NCBI GenBank assembly: GCA_009784815.1
Contig: WQXN01000002.1
Coordinates: forward strand, 3,586-67,585
DNA length: 64,000 nucleotides
Direction: 5' to 3'
From: Alphaproteobacteria bacterium
GTDB lineage: Bacteria; Pseudomonadota; Alphaproteobacteria; Rs-D84
The position numbers and the translations under genes were made by a program. The first letter of the stretch is position 1. The number at the start of each line of letters is the position of its first letter. Below, in pieces: positions 31,093 through 39,352 of the stretch. The notes under the pieces were generated by a model that saw nothing but the letters and a program-made list of their open reading frames with translations, searched no databases and was not told where the DNA came from.

Positions 31093-33398
31093 TGGCGCGC
31101 GTCCTCGGACGAAATTCGGACGCCGGGAGCGATTGGCATGGGCGGCGTCGTGAACGCTATCTCGATCACTTCGCGTATGTCGTTAACGAACTTCAGCTCC
31201 ATGCCCTCGAAAATATATTCCGGTATGTCCGCCAAATCCTTGCGGTTTTTTTCGGGCATTATGACAATGCTGATTCCGCCTCGGCGTGCTCCAAGAAGCT
31301 TTTCACGCAGCCCGCCGATCGGCAAAGCTTTTCCATGCAACGATATTTCGCCTGTAAGCGCGACGTCGCGCCTGATCGGAATATTCGAAAGCGCGGACAA
31401 TATGGCTGCGCAGATCGCAAGTCCCGCGGACGGCCCTTCTTTTGGGACGCCCCCGTCCAAAGCGTGCACGTGTATGTTGGTTTTTTCGAATACTTCCGGG
31501 TTTATTCCGAATTCGGCGGCCATGGACTGTGCGCATGATTTCGCGATCTGGGCGGATTCCTTCATGATTTCGCCAAGATGGCCTGTGATGATTATGTTTC
31601 CTTTTCCGGGGATTGTCGAGGCTTCCAACGGAATGATATTGCCGCCTGCATCGGTATACGAAAGCCCGCTTATTATCCCGACGGAATCCTTGTCCGATGT
31701 GCTTCTGAAATCGTACTTGCGCACGCCAAGCCATTCTTCGATCTGCTGAATTGAAAAATCTTTTTTCCCTGCGCGCAGCGATTTGCGTAATAATTTTTCT
31801 ATCAACCGGTAAAGCTCGCGCACTCCGGCTTCCATGGTGTAATATCGCACCATGTGCCGCAAAGTCTCGATAGATATGCTGATTTCAGAGGGGTTAATTC
31901 CCATATTTTCAGCGGCGTTTTTGATAAGGTGGCTTTGCGCGATTCGGATTTTTTCATCTTCGACATAGCCCGAAAGATCTATGATCTCCATGCGGTCTAT
32001 AAGGGCCTGCGACATCTTATAACTGTTGGCGGTCGCTACGAACATGACCTCGGACAAATCGAAGTCCGATTCCAAATAGTGGTCGCGGAAAGTCTTGTTC
32101 TGTTCCGGATCCAGAATTTCAAGCAGCGCCGCTTCGGGATCTCCGCGGTAATCGCGCCCAAGCTTGTCTATTTCGTCCAGCACTACCAAAGGATTTTTTA
32201 CCTTGGCGCGTTTCAGCATATCGATTATGCGTCCTGGCTGGCTTCCGATATAAGTCTTGCGGTGGCCTCTGAAATGCGCTTCGTCCGCTACTCCGCCCAA
32301 AGACATTCTTGCATACTGGCGGCCTGTTGCGCGGGCTATGGATTTGCCAAGCGAAGTTTTTCCAACTCCCGGAGGGCCGACAAAGCAAAGTATCGCTCCG
32401 CCGGATTTTCCTGTCTGCTTCATGACCGCAAGATGTTCCAGTATTCGCTCTTTTATTTTTTCCAAACCTTCATGGTCTTCGTTCATGATCTTCTCGGCCT
32501 CGTTCAGGTCTATCTTTGCGTCGGACCTTTTGTTCCAGGGCAGGGCCAGAATCTCGTCCAGCCAGTTTTTTATAACGGACGCTTCGGACGACATGGGCTG
32601 CAGGTTGCGAAGTTTTTTAAGTTCGGACAAAGCCTTTTCATTGACGTCTTTAGGAAGCTTCGCGGCGGCTATCTTTTGCTTAAGGCTGTTGGCGTCGCAA
32701 TCTTCGCGCTCGCCAAGCTCGCGCTGGATCGCCTTCATTTTTTCGTTAAGATATACCTCGCGGTGAGCCTTGCTCATCTGCTGGTTGATTCGCGACTTGA
32801 TGGTGTTGTCCAGATCAAGGTTTTGAAGTTCCGCGTCCAGCCGCGCGATTATTATTTTAAGCTTTTCCTCGTAGTTTTCGGCGATTAAAACTCTCTGCGC
32901 CAGCTCGCTGCCCATGCCGAAGGCGGAAATCGTTGCGTCCAAAAACAAGGGCAGGGAATTGTGCGATAAAACTGTGCGTATAAGCTCGTAATTATACCGC
33001 CTTGCGCGGGATAGAATCTTGATCTGTTCGCCGGCGCGCGACCTAAGCGCCTCGACCTGCGGATTGATTGTGACATCCTGCGCGATCTCGGTGGCTTCGG
33101 CGGACAGCTCTCCGTCGTCTTCGGTGCGTATATCCGTCATCTTGACTGGCGTGGTTGTCTGAATATTCACCTGCACGCTGCCGTTGCTTGATTTGATTAC
33201 GCTAAGCACGCGGGCCAGGGTGCCGTATTGCATAACTTCGTCGGTTTTTTTACCGACGGGCTTGTGCGAAGCCAGAATGACGGTCTTGCCGTCGATGTCC
33301 ATAAGCGCGCTGACGTGAACGGGCTTGTCTACGAATATTGGCAGACTGATCCCGGGCTGTATGGTTATTCCGTTAAGCGAGAGTATGGGATATCTCAT
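31089..33398 (-). CDS. lon: ATP-dependent protease Lon
   Basis: 769 aa; Walker A GPPGVGKTS, sensor and P-domain with catalytic Ser (PKEGPSAG) and Lys. Confidence 0.96.
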   Translation of the reverse strand: MRYPILSLNGITIQPGISLPIFVDKPVHVSALMDIDGKTVILASHKPVGKKTDEVMQYGTLARVLSVIKSSNGSVQVNIQTTTPVKMTDIRTEDDGELSAEATEIAQDVTINPQVEALRSRAGEQIKILSRARRYNYELIRTVLSHNSLPLFLDATISAFGMGSELAQRVLIAENYEEKLKIIIARLDAELQNLDLDNTIKSRINQQMSKAHREVYLNEKMKAIQRELGEREDCDANSLKQKIAAAKLPKDVNEKALSELKKLRNLQPMSSEASVIKNWLDEILALPWNKRSDAKIDLNEAEKIMNEDHEGLEKIKERILEHLAVMKQTGKSGGAILCFVGPPGVGKTSLGKSIARATGRQYARMSLGGVADEAHFRGHRKTYIGSQPGRIIDMLKRAKVKNPLVVLDEIDKLGRDYRGDPEAALLEILDPEQNKTFRDHYLESDFDLSEVMFVATANSYKMSQALIDRMEIIDLSGYVEDEKIRIAQSHLIKNAAENMGINPSEISISIETLRHMVRYYTMEAGVRELYRLIEKLLRKSLRAGKKDFSIQQIEEWLGVRKYDFRSTSDKDSVGIISGLSYTDAGGNIIPLEASTIPGKGNIIITGHLGEIMKESAQIAKSCAQSMAAEFGINPEVFEKTNIHVHALDGGVPKEGPSAGLAICAAILSALSNIPIRRDVALTGEISLHGKALPIGGLREKLLGARRGGISIVIMPEKNRKDLADIPEYIFEGMELKFVNDIREVIEIAFTTPPMPIAPGVRISSEDARQ

Positions 33399-33420
33399 AA
33401 ATTAAAGTCCTTTTGCCACA

Positions 33421-33448
33421 ATATAGGACATTAATCGAAAATTGCAAG
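33421..33448 (-). promoter_or_regulatory. sigma-32-type promoter for lon
   Basis: Minus strand reads CTTGCAA-N14-CCTATAT, about 20 nt upstream of lon ATG. Confidence 0.4.
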
Positions 33449-33610
33449 TGACCAGTTTTATTTTATATCACTCGATTGGAAGCATTTTTAAGCGCCGTCT
33501 TGTAATACTCTTCTACAGAAAATTAGGCTTTTGTCAATCATATTTTTCTTGATTTTAGAGGCGATTTATGGTATAATGCCCTTATCTCCCCTAGATATAA
33601 GGAAACAGAT

Positions 33611-33850
33611 ATGCGCTTGACTGTATTTGCCGGCGCGGCCTTGGCTATTTTAATTTTTTTCATTTATTTTGCGCACTCTGTCGGCAGGGGGCGGGGCCGC
33701 GCCGAATGTGAAAGGAATCATGCCGTCCAAGCGGTCGCCGTAACGCAACGAATTGAAATTATAAGGAAACAGGTAAATGAAAAAGTTAATACCAGCGCTA
33801 CTGGCGATATTCGCCGCCAGCTGCGCGAGAAATACACCATCGGTGATTAG
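33611..33850 (+). CDS. small membrane protein, hypothetical (overlaps next ORF by 74 nt)
   Basis: Extended -10 TGGTATAAT (33566-33574) and RBS TAAGGAAACAG before ATG; TM FAGAALAILIFFIYFA. Confidence 0.3.
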   Translation: MRLTVFAGAALAILIFFIYFAHSVGRGRGRAECERNHAVQAVAVTQRIEIIRKQVNEKVNTSATGDIRRQLREKYTIGD

Positions 33851-33965
33851 CTATTGCGAGCCTATATACGGCCGCGCAGTGGACTGGGAGGTGATAAGCG
33901 ACGACCTTGCGCGGGCAATCTACCGCCACAACCTGATCTGCTGGGAACTGGACGGGCTATCTTAA
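33777..33965 (+). CDS. small lipoprotein
   Basis: Same RBS string TAAGGAAACAGG; lipobox FAASC. Confidence 0.4.
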   Translation: MKKLIPALLAIFAASCARNTPSVISYCEPIYGRAVDWEVISDDLARAIYRHNLICWELDGLS

Positions 33966-33982
33966 AAAATTTTGCAGCTTAA

Positions 33983-34222
33983 TTAATGAGCTCTTCTGCT
34001 AAGAAATTCTTTGAATTTATTCAAATTCTTGCAAGCTTCGCGATCGTTTCCAAATGCTTCGATTGGCACGCAGTTTTCTTTCCCGGCTATCATGGCAAAG
34101 TAAGCTCCCGGGACTTCATCGTTGGTTACAATGCCGCCTTCTATCCATTGGCAGATACGGTAAGACACGCCCCCAATGTCGTAAGTTTCTATATAATTGC
34201 TGCTCATTGCTGTTTGTGGCAT
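33983..34222 (-). CDS. hypothetical small protein (AT-rich islet)
   Basis: 79-aa ORF. Confidence 0.3.
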   Translation of the reverse strand: MPQTAMSSNYIETYDIGGVSYRICQWIEGGIVTNDEVPGAYFAMIAGKENCVPIEAFGNDREACKNLNKFKEFLSRRAH

Positions 34223-34244
34223 TATTTACTCCTTTTGCTATTTC

Positions 34245-34505
34245 TTATTTTAGACGAGGTGGTTCACGCAGATATATTTTAATCAGTCCTATAACATCTT
34301 CTATGGATCTAGGTTCCGTATTATCTCTTTGGTCATGCTCTATAAGTTCCTGGTCGTTTGAAAAATCTAGCCCGAAATAAGTATTATAGTGCACTTTCTT
34401 AAATATCCCGAAAGACTCGTACATTGTTACGAAGTTTGCGTTTCTAATTAGTCTGGATTGCCTTAAGCTGTTGAGGTAACTGTTGTTCATGGGCTCTTTT
34501 TTCAT
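34245..34505 (-). CDS. hypothetical small protein (AT-rich islet)
   Basis: 86-aa ORF, 22 nt upstream of previous ORF. Confidence 0.3.
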   Translation of the reverse strand: MKKEPMNNSYLNSLRQSRLIRNANFVTMYESFGIFKKVHYNTYFGLDFSNDQELIEHDQRDNTEPRSIEDVIGLIKIYLREPPRLK

Positions 34506-34751
34506 GCGTATTCCCTAATTTTTTATTGCTATATTTTTAAATATGTAACTAATAATCTAATTCGTCAAGTATAATAACGGCGCGAATGGCTGCGACTATG
34601 ATGTGATTAAGGCAGTCATCATTTTATTAGCAGGGAGGTTGCCCTTTTTGCCACAAATTCCGCAGTCATTTATTTTGACAAAAATGCTTGACAAATGACA
34701 TAAATAGACTATATTAGGGGTGTAAACCTAATATGAACCCGAGGGAATGTC

Positions 34752-35528
34752 ATGGAAAACAAAGCAAAAATTACAACGAATCCCGTGAATAACACGGCTG
34801 GCAAGGCCGCCGCGCCTGCCAAGCAGTCATTTTGCCAGTGTGTTTCGACCAAGGCTAAAAAGACTTGGTGCTGGGTAAAAGCCCGGAATATGGCCACTGT
34901 CGCGAACACCGCGCTTCTTGTTTTGACTGTTGCTATGCTTGTGATCTTGATAAAAGTTGTTCAGCAGAACAATCGCATAGTGGCGAACGTGTCGCCAAAG
35001 GCCGCCGAATTGCAAGTCCAGCGTGCTGCGCCGCGTACGGTTTCGGCCGCTAAACAGGCTTCTGTACCCGCGCCGACTTCCATAGCAAGACAAGAAAGGC
35101 TTGCGCCCGCCCGTCCCAAGAATGTTTCTTTTTCGGATGCTCCGGCCGCTGTTTCAGTTAACACCCAGATTACGGTCCAGCCTCAGCAGCCCGCAAGGCA
35201 AACCACTCGCATAGTCGTTAATTCCGCCCCGCGCCGCGCTCCGTCGAACGCCGAATGGATCCGTCAGGAACAGCAACTGCGCCCGGTGTCCCGCGTGAAA
35301 AAGCTTCCGGCTATGTCGCAGGTCAAAGGCAACCTTTACATACAGAACATGAACGCTTATACTATTCCCTGCGGCACGAAAGTGCAGGGCGACCTGATAG
35401 TCAGAAACGTCCGCAAGCTTGACTTTTGCGGCTGCTTCGAAGTCAAAGGCAACGTCTACGTCGGCCGAGGCGTATCGTTTGGTCCGCTTCCGAAAGGAGC
35501 CAGGATCGGCGGCCAGATCATACATTAA
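34752..35528 (+). CDS. single-pass membrane-anchored protein with C-terminal GN(L/V)Y(I/V) short repeats
   Basis: 258 aa; TM TALLVLTVAMLVILIKVV; repeats KGNLYIQN / QGDLIVRN / KGNVYVGRG; tandem TTGACA boxes upstream (34675, 34688). Confidence 0.5.
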   Translation: MENKAKITTNPVNNTAGKAAAPAKQSFCQCVSTKAKKTWCWVKARNMATVANTALLVLTVAMLVILIKVVQQNNRIVANVSPKAAELQVQRAAPRTVSAAKQASVPAPTSIARQERLAPARPKNVSFSDAPAAVSVNTQITVQPQQPARQTTRIVVNSAPRRAPSNAEWIRQEQQLRPVSRVKKLPAMSQVKGNLYIQNMNAYTIPCGTKVQGDLIVRNVRKLDFCGCFEVKGNVYVGRGVSFGPLPKGARIGGQIIH

Positions 35529-35542
35529 AAGGGTAAATTAAA

Positions 35543-36253
35543 ATGAGGAATCTGTTTGTATCTTTATCGGCTGTCAGCGCGACGCTTATCATCATGGTCA
35601 CGGGCATAGTCGCCCAATCGTTCGGAAACGACAACATCAGCGACGCCGAAAAGTTTGCCGATAACCAGCATAACCTTGCTCGTTACTTTTCCTCGCACAG
35701 CCCCTCGGCGGTGGCATGGCGCGAAGAAAACAGCCTGGACAACTGGGGAGATTTATTCGAAGCCCCCGGCGCCGGTCCTGATCCCGAACCCGAACCGACC
35801 GCTCCTCTTACCTTGGAACAACGCAATGCCGAACTTAGGGCGAACAGACAGGCTCTTAACCAAAGAATGGGCGATCTGGACAGGGCTGTTGTTGAAGACA
35901 GAAGGCAGGTTAACCGCAATACCGCGCAGACCATGCGTGATCGTAAAACCAAATTTTCCGAAGACCTGAAAGAGCTTAACGAGGCTATGAAACGGGATAC
36001 GATTGAAATTTGGCGTAGTCATGGCGAACAAATCAGAGAGATCAACAACGACGACCGCCGCGTCCGCGCAGCTTTTAGATCTGCGCATCAAGCCGACTCG
36101 GCCTCGATCGAGGAAAGGTTCAAAAACTCGCCGCGCGTCACCCGCCGCCCGAATCCTGCGGCTCCTGCCGCGCCCGCGCCGGAACCTATCGGCAGCGCGC
36201 TGATAGAAGGCCAAATAATTATTCAGTTCGACGGATCGCAGGGTGAAAGATAA
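35543..36253 (+). CDS. secreted coiled-coil protein
   Basis: 236 aa; signal peptide; PEPEPTAP linker; stop overlaps next start (TAATG). Confidence 0.5.
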   Translation: MRNLFVSLSAVSATLIIMVTGIVAQSFGNDNISDAEKFADNQHNLARYFSSHSPSAVAWREENSLDNWGDLFEAPGAGPDPEPEPTAPLTLEQRNAELRANRQALNQRMGDLDRAVVEDRRQVNRNTAQTMRDRKTKFSEDLKELNEAMKRDTIEIWRSHGEQIREINNDDRRVRAAFRSAHQADSASIEERFKNSPRVTRRPNPAAPAAPAPEPIGSALIEGQIIIQFDGSQGER

Positions 36254-37767
36254 TGATCCCGCAGGCTGTCGACGTCCTTATGATCCAGCCTCCCGTTACT
36301 AAAAAGCAGGCACTGGAAGACCCGGTCATAGAAGCCTATTTTACAGCGGTCGATAAAAATCTTGGAACTTTGGTCGGCGATTCGCCTTACGAAATCAATT
36401 GGGGCCTGAAGGGTATAGCGGAATATATTCTGTATAAAAATCCCGATACGAAAATCAAGATGCTTGACCTGAATTTCATGGATCGCGACAAGCGCTCAGA
36501 GGGTATGGGTTTTTTAACGCCGGAAGACGCCGAAGCCGCGATTGTAAAATACAAACCCAAAATCACACTGCTTTCCTTTATGACTCAGTCCTACGCCGAA
36601 TGGGGCTGTGACCTGGCGCAAGCCGCACGCAAAGTATCGGATTACGTCTTCGTTGGCGGAATACACCCGACCGTCCAATATCATCATGTGATGGCCGATC
36701 TTGGCCTGAATATAGACGGAGTAATCGTGGGCGAGGGTGAAAAGATTTGCCAAGACCTGGTCGCGAATTTCGATGACATAGACCGTTTGATTGAAAATAA
36801 TGATTCTATTCTTACCTGGGAAAAATACGGTTCGCCAAGAATTCCTAAAGATTACGCCGCGCCTGTCCGCGCAACTATTTCGGAAGCCGATTTTCAAAAA
36901 GCTATCCCCTCGCGCTATGACCTGTTTAAAGAATACAAGGATAAGATTTCAGTCCGAATAAATACGTCGTGGGGCTGCGTGGGCGAATGCGGATTCTGCT
37001 CGGTCGGATCGTTCTTCAAAAAGTGCGGAGTGCGCCGCAAAACCGTGGATCAGATTATGAATGAAATCCGCGCTCTGGATCGACTTAATCTGTCCGACAA
37101 ACAGTTCGTTTTCGGAGATCTCTGCATGTTCGACGATTCGTCGCTGTCGAACGAACTGCTGGAAAGAATGATAAAATTAAAATTAAGCGGTCGTATGCCG
37201 TACCAATGGTGGTGTCAGACGCGCGCCGATAAAGTAACAAAAGAACTTTGCGAAAAACTGAAAGAGGCGGGCTGCAAACAGGTCGCGATCGGATGCGAAT
37301 CGGGAAGCGACGAACAGCTGCAAAAAATTTCCAAAGGCGTGACTGTCGCGCAGATAAAAGACTCGCTGAAAATGATCCGCGATGCGGATATGGAAACGCA
37401 GTGCTATTGGATAATCGGCCTGCCGGGTGACAGCTTCCAAGCCGTCCGTCAAACGCAAAATAAAATTATCGAATACCTAAAGGAAGACCTTTGCACGGTC
37501 CCTCATATCAGCACTTTGGTGCCGTATCCGGGAACGCCGTTGTTTTGCGCTGCTCAGGAAAGCGCGGTGTTGTCGGGAATAGACATCCGCGATTACGACT
37601 TTGAAAATTACTGGATGAACTGCGACCGCCACGGTTGCGGCAAACCCGTATACAACACGGTGGGCGAAACCGGGAAGATCCTTTTGGACAGTGATCAGAT
37701 TTATGATCTATGGCTTGATACCTTGCAAAAAGTGACTGACTTCGCGAATAAAAAATCCAGAAACTAA
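36253..37767 (+). CDS. B12-binding-domain radical SAM enzyme (class B)
   Basis: 504 aa; N-terminal cobalamin-binding-like region, CVGECGFC (Cx3Cx2C) radical-SAM cluster motif. Confidence 0.7.
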   Translation: MIPQAVDVLMIQPPVTKKQALEDPVIEAYFTAVDKNLGTLVGDSPYEINWGLKGIAEYILYKNPDTKIKMLDLNFMDRDKRSEGMGFLTPEDAEAAIVKYKPKITLLSFMTQSYAEWGCDLAQAARKVSDYVFVGGIHPTVQYHHVMADLGLNIDGVIVGEGEKICQDLVANFDDIDRLIENNDSILTWEKYGSPRIPKDYAAPVRATISEADFQKAIPSRYDLFKEYKDKISVRINTSWGCVGECGFCSVGSFFKKCGVRRKTVDQIMNEIRALDRLNLSDKQFVFGDLCMFDDSSLSNELLERMIKLKLSGRMPYQWWCQTRADKVTKELCEKLKEAGCKQVAIGCESGSDEQLQKISKGVTVAQIKDSLKMIRDADMETQCYWIIGLPGDSFQAVRQTQNKIIEYLKEDLCTVPHISTLVPYPGTPLFCAAQESAVLSGIDIRDYDFENYWMNCDRHGCGKPVYNTVGETGKILLDSDQIYDLWLDTLQKVTDFANKKSRN

Positions 37768-38627
37768 ACGCCTCTTACTACTCCGTTGATCAAGTTTATA
37801 TCGCTTGGCACGATTGTTTCTATGTTCGCCTTTCTAAAAATCGCCAACGGTAAAATCGCTCCCTGGCGCGCTCCGGTCATCCATGTTGGGTTCTTCGGCA
37901 TCAGCGCGAACAAGTCCTCCATGGTCAAGTCGTAGAATATTCGGCGCGTGCCGGCGATGAATTCTTCCAAACTCTGCATGTGCGGGTGGTTCGCGTCAAC
38001 GAACATGGTGTTCGGCCCAAGCGGATATTCGGTTAGTTTTTGAAACCTCAGCTCTCCGGTCAAAAGCGCGAAATCGTAATCGGTGTCGAATTCTTCGCTC
38101 GCTATCTGCTGGGCGCAAAACGCTTCCATTTCTTCGATTGGCGCGCTTGATACGGTGTCCGTGACGTTCGGAAATTGTTTGGACAAGTTCGCGACGCCAA
38201 GGTTTAACATCTTTGATTCCGTGGTTCCGTCCCGGTTGACGGTTATGGCCTCGGTCGTTTTTCCGCCCATGTTTATTACCAAAACCTTCTTGCCGTTGTA
38301 CGGTAGGTCCGCGGCCTGTTTAAGATAGCGCGCCTCGTCCTCGTGCGAGATTACGTTGAATCCGATGGGCGAATTGGCTTTCAGATATTCAAGTTGCGCC
38401 GAAGGTATCTCGCGCCAAATTCCTGTGGCGAAAGTCTGGACGTTCTGTCCTCGCCATTTTTCCAAATGTCCCAGCAGCTGGGCGATTTTATCCGCGGCCA
38501 CTCCGGCTTCATTAGTAAAGCCGTCTTTGAACAAAGTCGAAAATTCGTCGACAAGCTCTAACTTGTTGCCGTCCAAGGAATAAGTTTTTATGGTGCTTGA
38601 TCCGATGTCTATGAATATTTTGCTCAT
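37764..38627 (-). CDS. ASKHA-fold protein, Ppx/GppA-phosphatase-like
   Basis: N-terminal IFIDIGSSTIKT phosphate-1 motif; 287 aa. Confidence 0.35.
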   Translation of the reverse strand: MSKIFIDIGSSTIKTYSLDGNKLELVDEFSTLFKDGFTNEAGVAADKIAQLLGHLEKWRGQNVQTFATGIWREIPSAQLEYLKANSPIGFNVISHEDEARYLKQAADLPYNGKKVLVINMGGKTTEAITVNRDGTTESKMLNLGVANLSKQFPNVTDTVSSAPIEEMEAFCAQQIASEEFDTDYDFALLTGELRFQKLTEYPLGPNTMFVDANHPHMQSLEEFIAGTRRIFYDLTMEDLFALMPKNPTWMTGARQGAILPLAIFRKANIETIVPSDINLINGVVRGV

Positions 38628-38645
38628 GGCCGTCTCCTTTTTTAT

Positions 38646-39212
38646 TTATCTGAAATCGCAATTGACCAAGTGATCGTTGACCCATCCGGTCGCCTGCAGG
38701 TGGGCGTAACATATGGTGGTTCCAAAGAATTTGAATCCGCGCTTTTTCATGTCTTTTGCGATTGCGTCGGATATGTCTGTGCGCGCCGGAATATCCGCCA
38801 AGCTTTTAGGTTTGTTGATTACGGGCTTTCCGCTTGGGAAAAATGTTTTTATGTAATTGCAAAAGCTTCCGAATTCTTTTTGAATATCGATAAAGTGTTT
38901 TGCGTTGCTGATTGCGGAAATTATTTTTAATCGGTTGCGTACTATGCCTTCGTTTTTCAAAAGTTTTTCAACATCCTCATCGCCGAATTTGGCGACTTTC
39001 TTAACATCGAAATTTGCGAACGCCTTGCGGTAGTTTTCTCGCTTTCTCAAAATAGTGATCCACGACAACCCAGCCTGAGCGGATTCCAAAGTCAAAAATT
39101 CGAACATCTTTTTATCGTCGGTTGCCAGCTTGCCCCATTCGGCATCGTGATATTTTTCATACAAAGAATCGCCTTTGCACCATCCGCATCGTTTGACTTT
39201 TTTCATTTTCAT
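38646..39212 (-). CDS. tag: DNA-3-methyladenine glycosylase I
   Basis: CGWCKGDSLYEKYHDAEWG zinc-binding N-terminus and LESAQAGLSWITIL motif. Longer six-frame ORF runs into the tRNA and is rejected. Confidence 0.75.
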   Translation of the reverse strand: MKMKKVKRCGWCKGDSLYEKYHDAEWGKLATDDKKMFEFLTLESAQAGLSWITILRKRENYRKAFANFDVKKVAKFGDEDVEKLLKNEGIVRNRLKIISAISNAKHFIDIQKEFGSFCNYIKTFFPSGKPVINKPKSLADIPARTDISDAIAKDMKKRGFKFFGTTICYAHLQATGWVNDHLVNCDFR

Positions 39213-39255
39213 ATCGCATCCTAAGTGGTTTGCCGCCCGAAGCCTTGGCGAAGGG

Positions 39256-39332
39256 TGGTGGTTGTGATAAGACTCGAACTTACGACCCCTTCGATGTGAA
39301 CGAAGTGCTCTAACCAACTGAGCTACACAACC
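39256..39332 (-). tRNA. tRNA-Val (anticodon CAC)
   Basis: Revcomp GGTTGTGTAGCTCAGTTGGTTAGAGCACTTCGTTCACATCGAAGGGGTCGTAAGTTCGAGTCTTATCACAACCACCA. Confidence 0.85.
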
Positions 39333-39352
39333 ATACACGGCAGTCTAACACA

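Noticed and set aside
31854-32888. 344-aa plus-strand ORF
   Set aside because: Antisense to lon.
38646-39338. Long form (230 aa) of the tag ORF
   Set aside because: The N-terminal 42 aa overlap tRNA-Val on the same strand. The Tag zinc-finger N-terminus begins at MKMKKVKRCGWC (39212).
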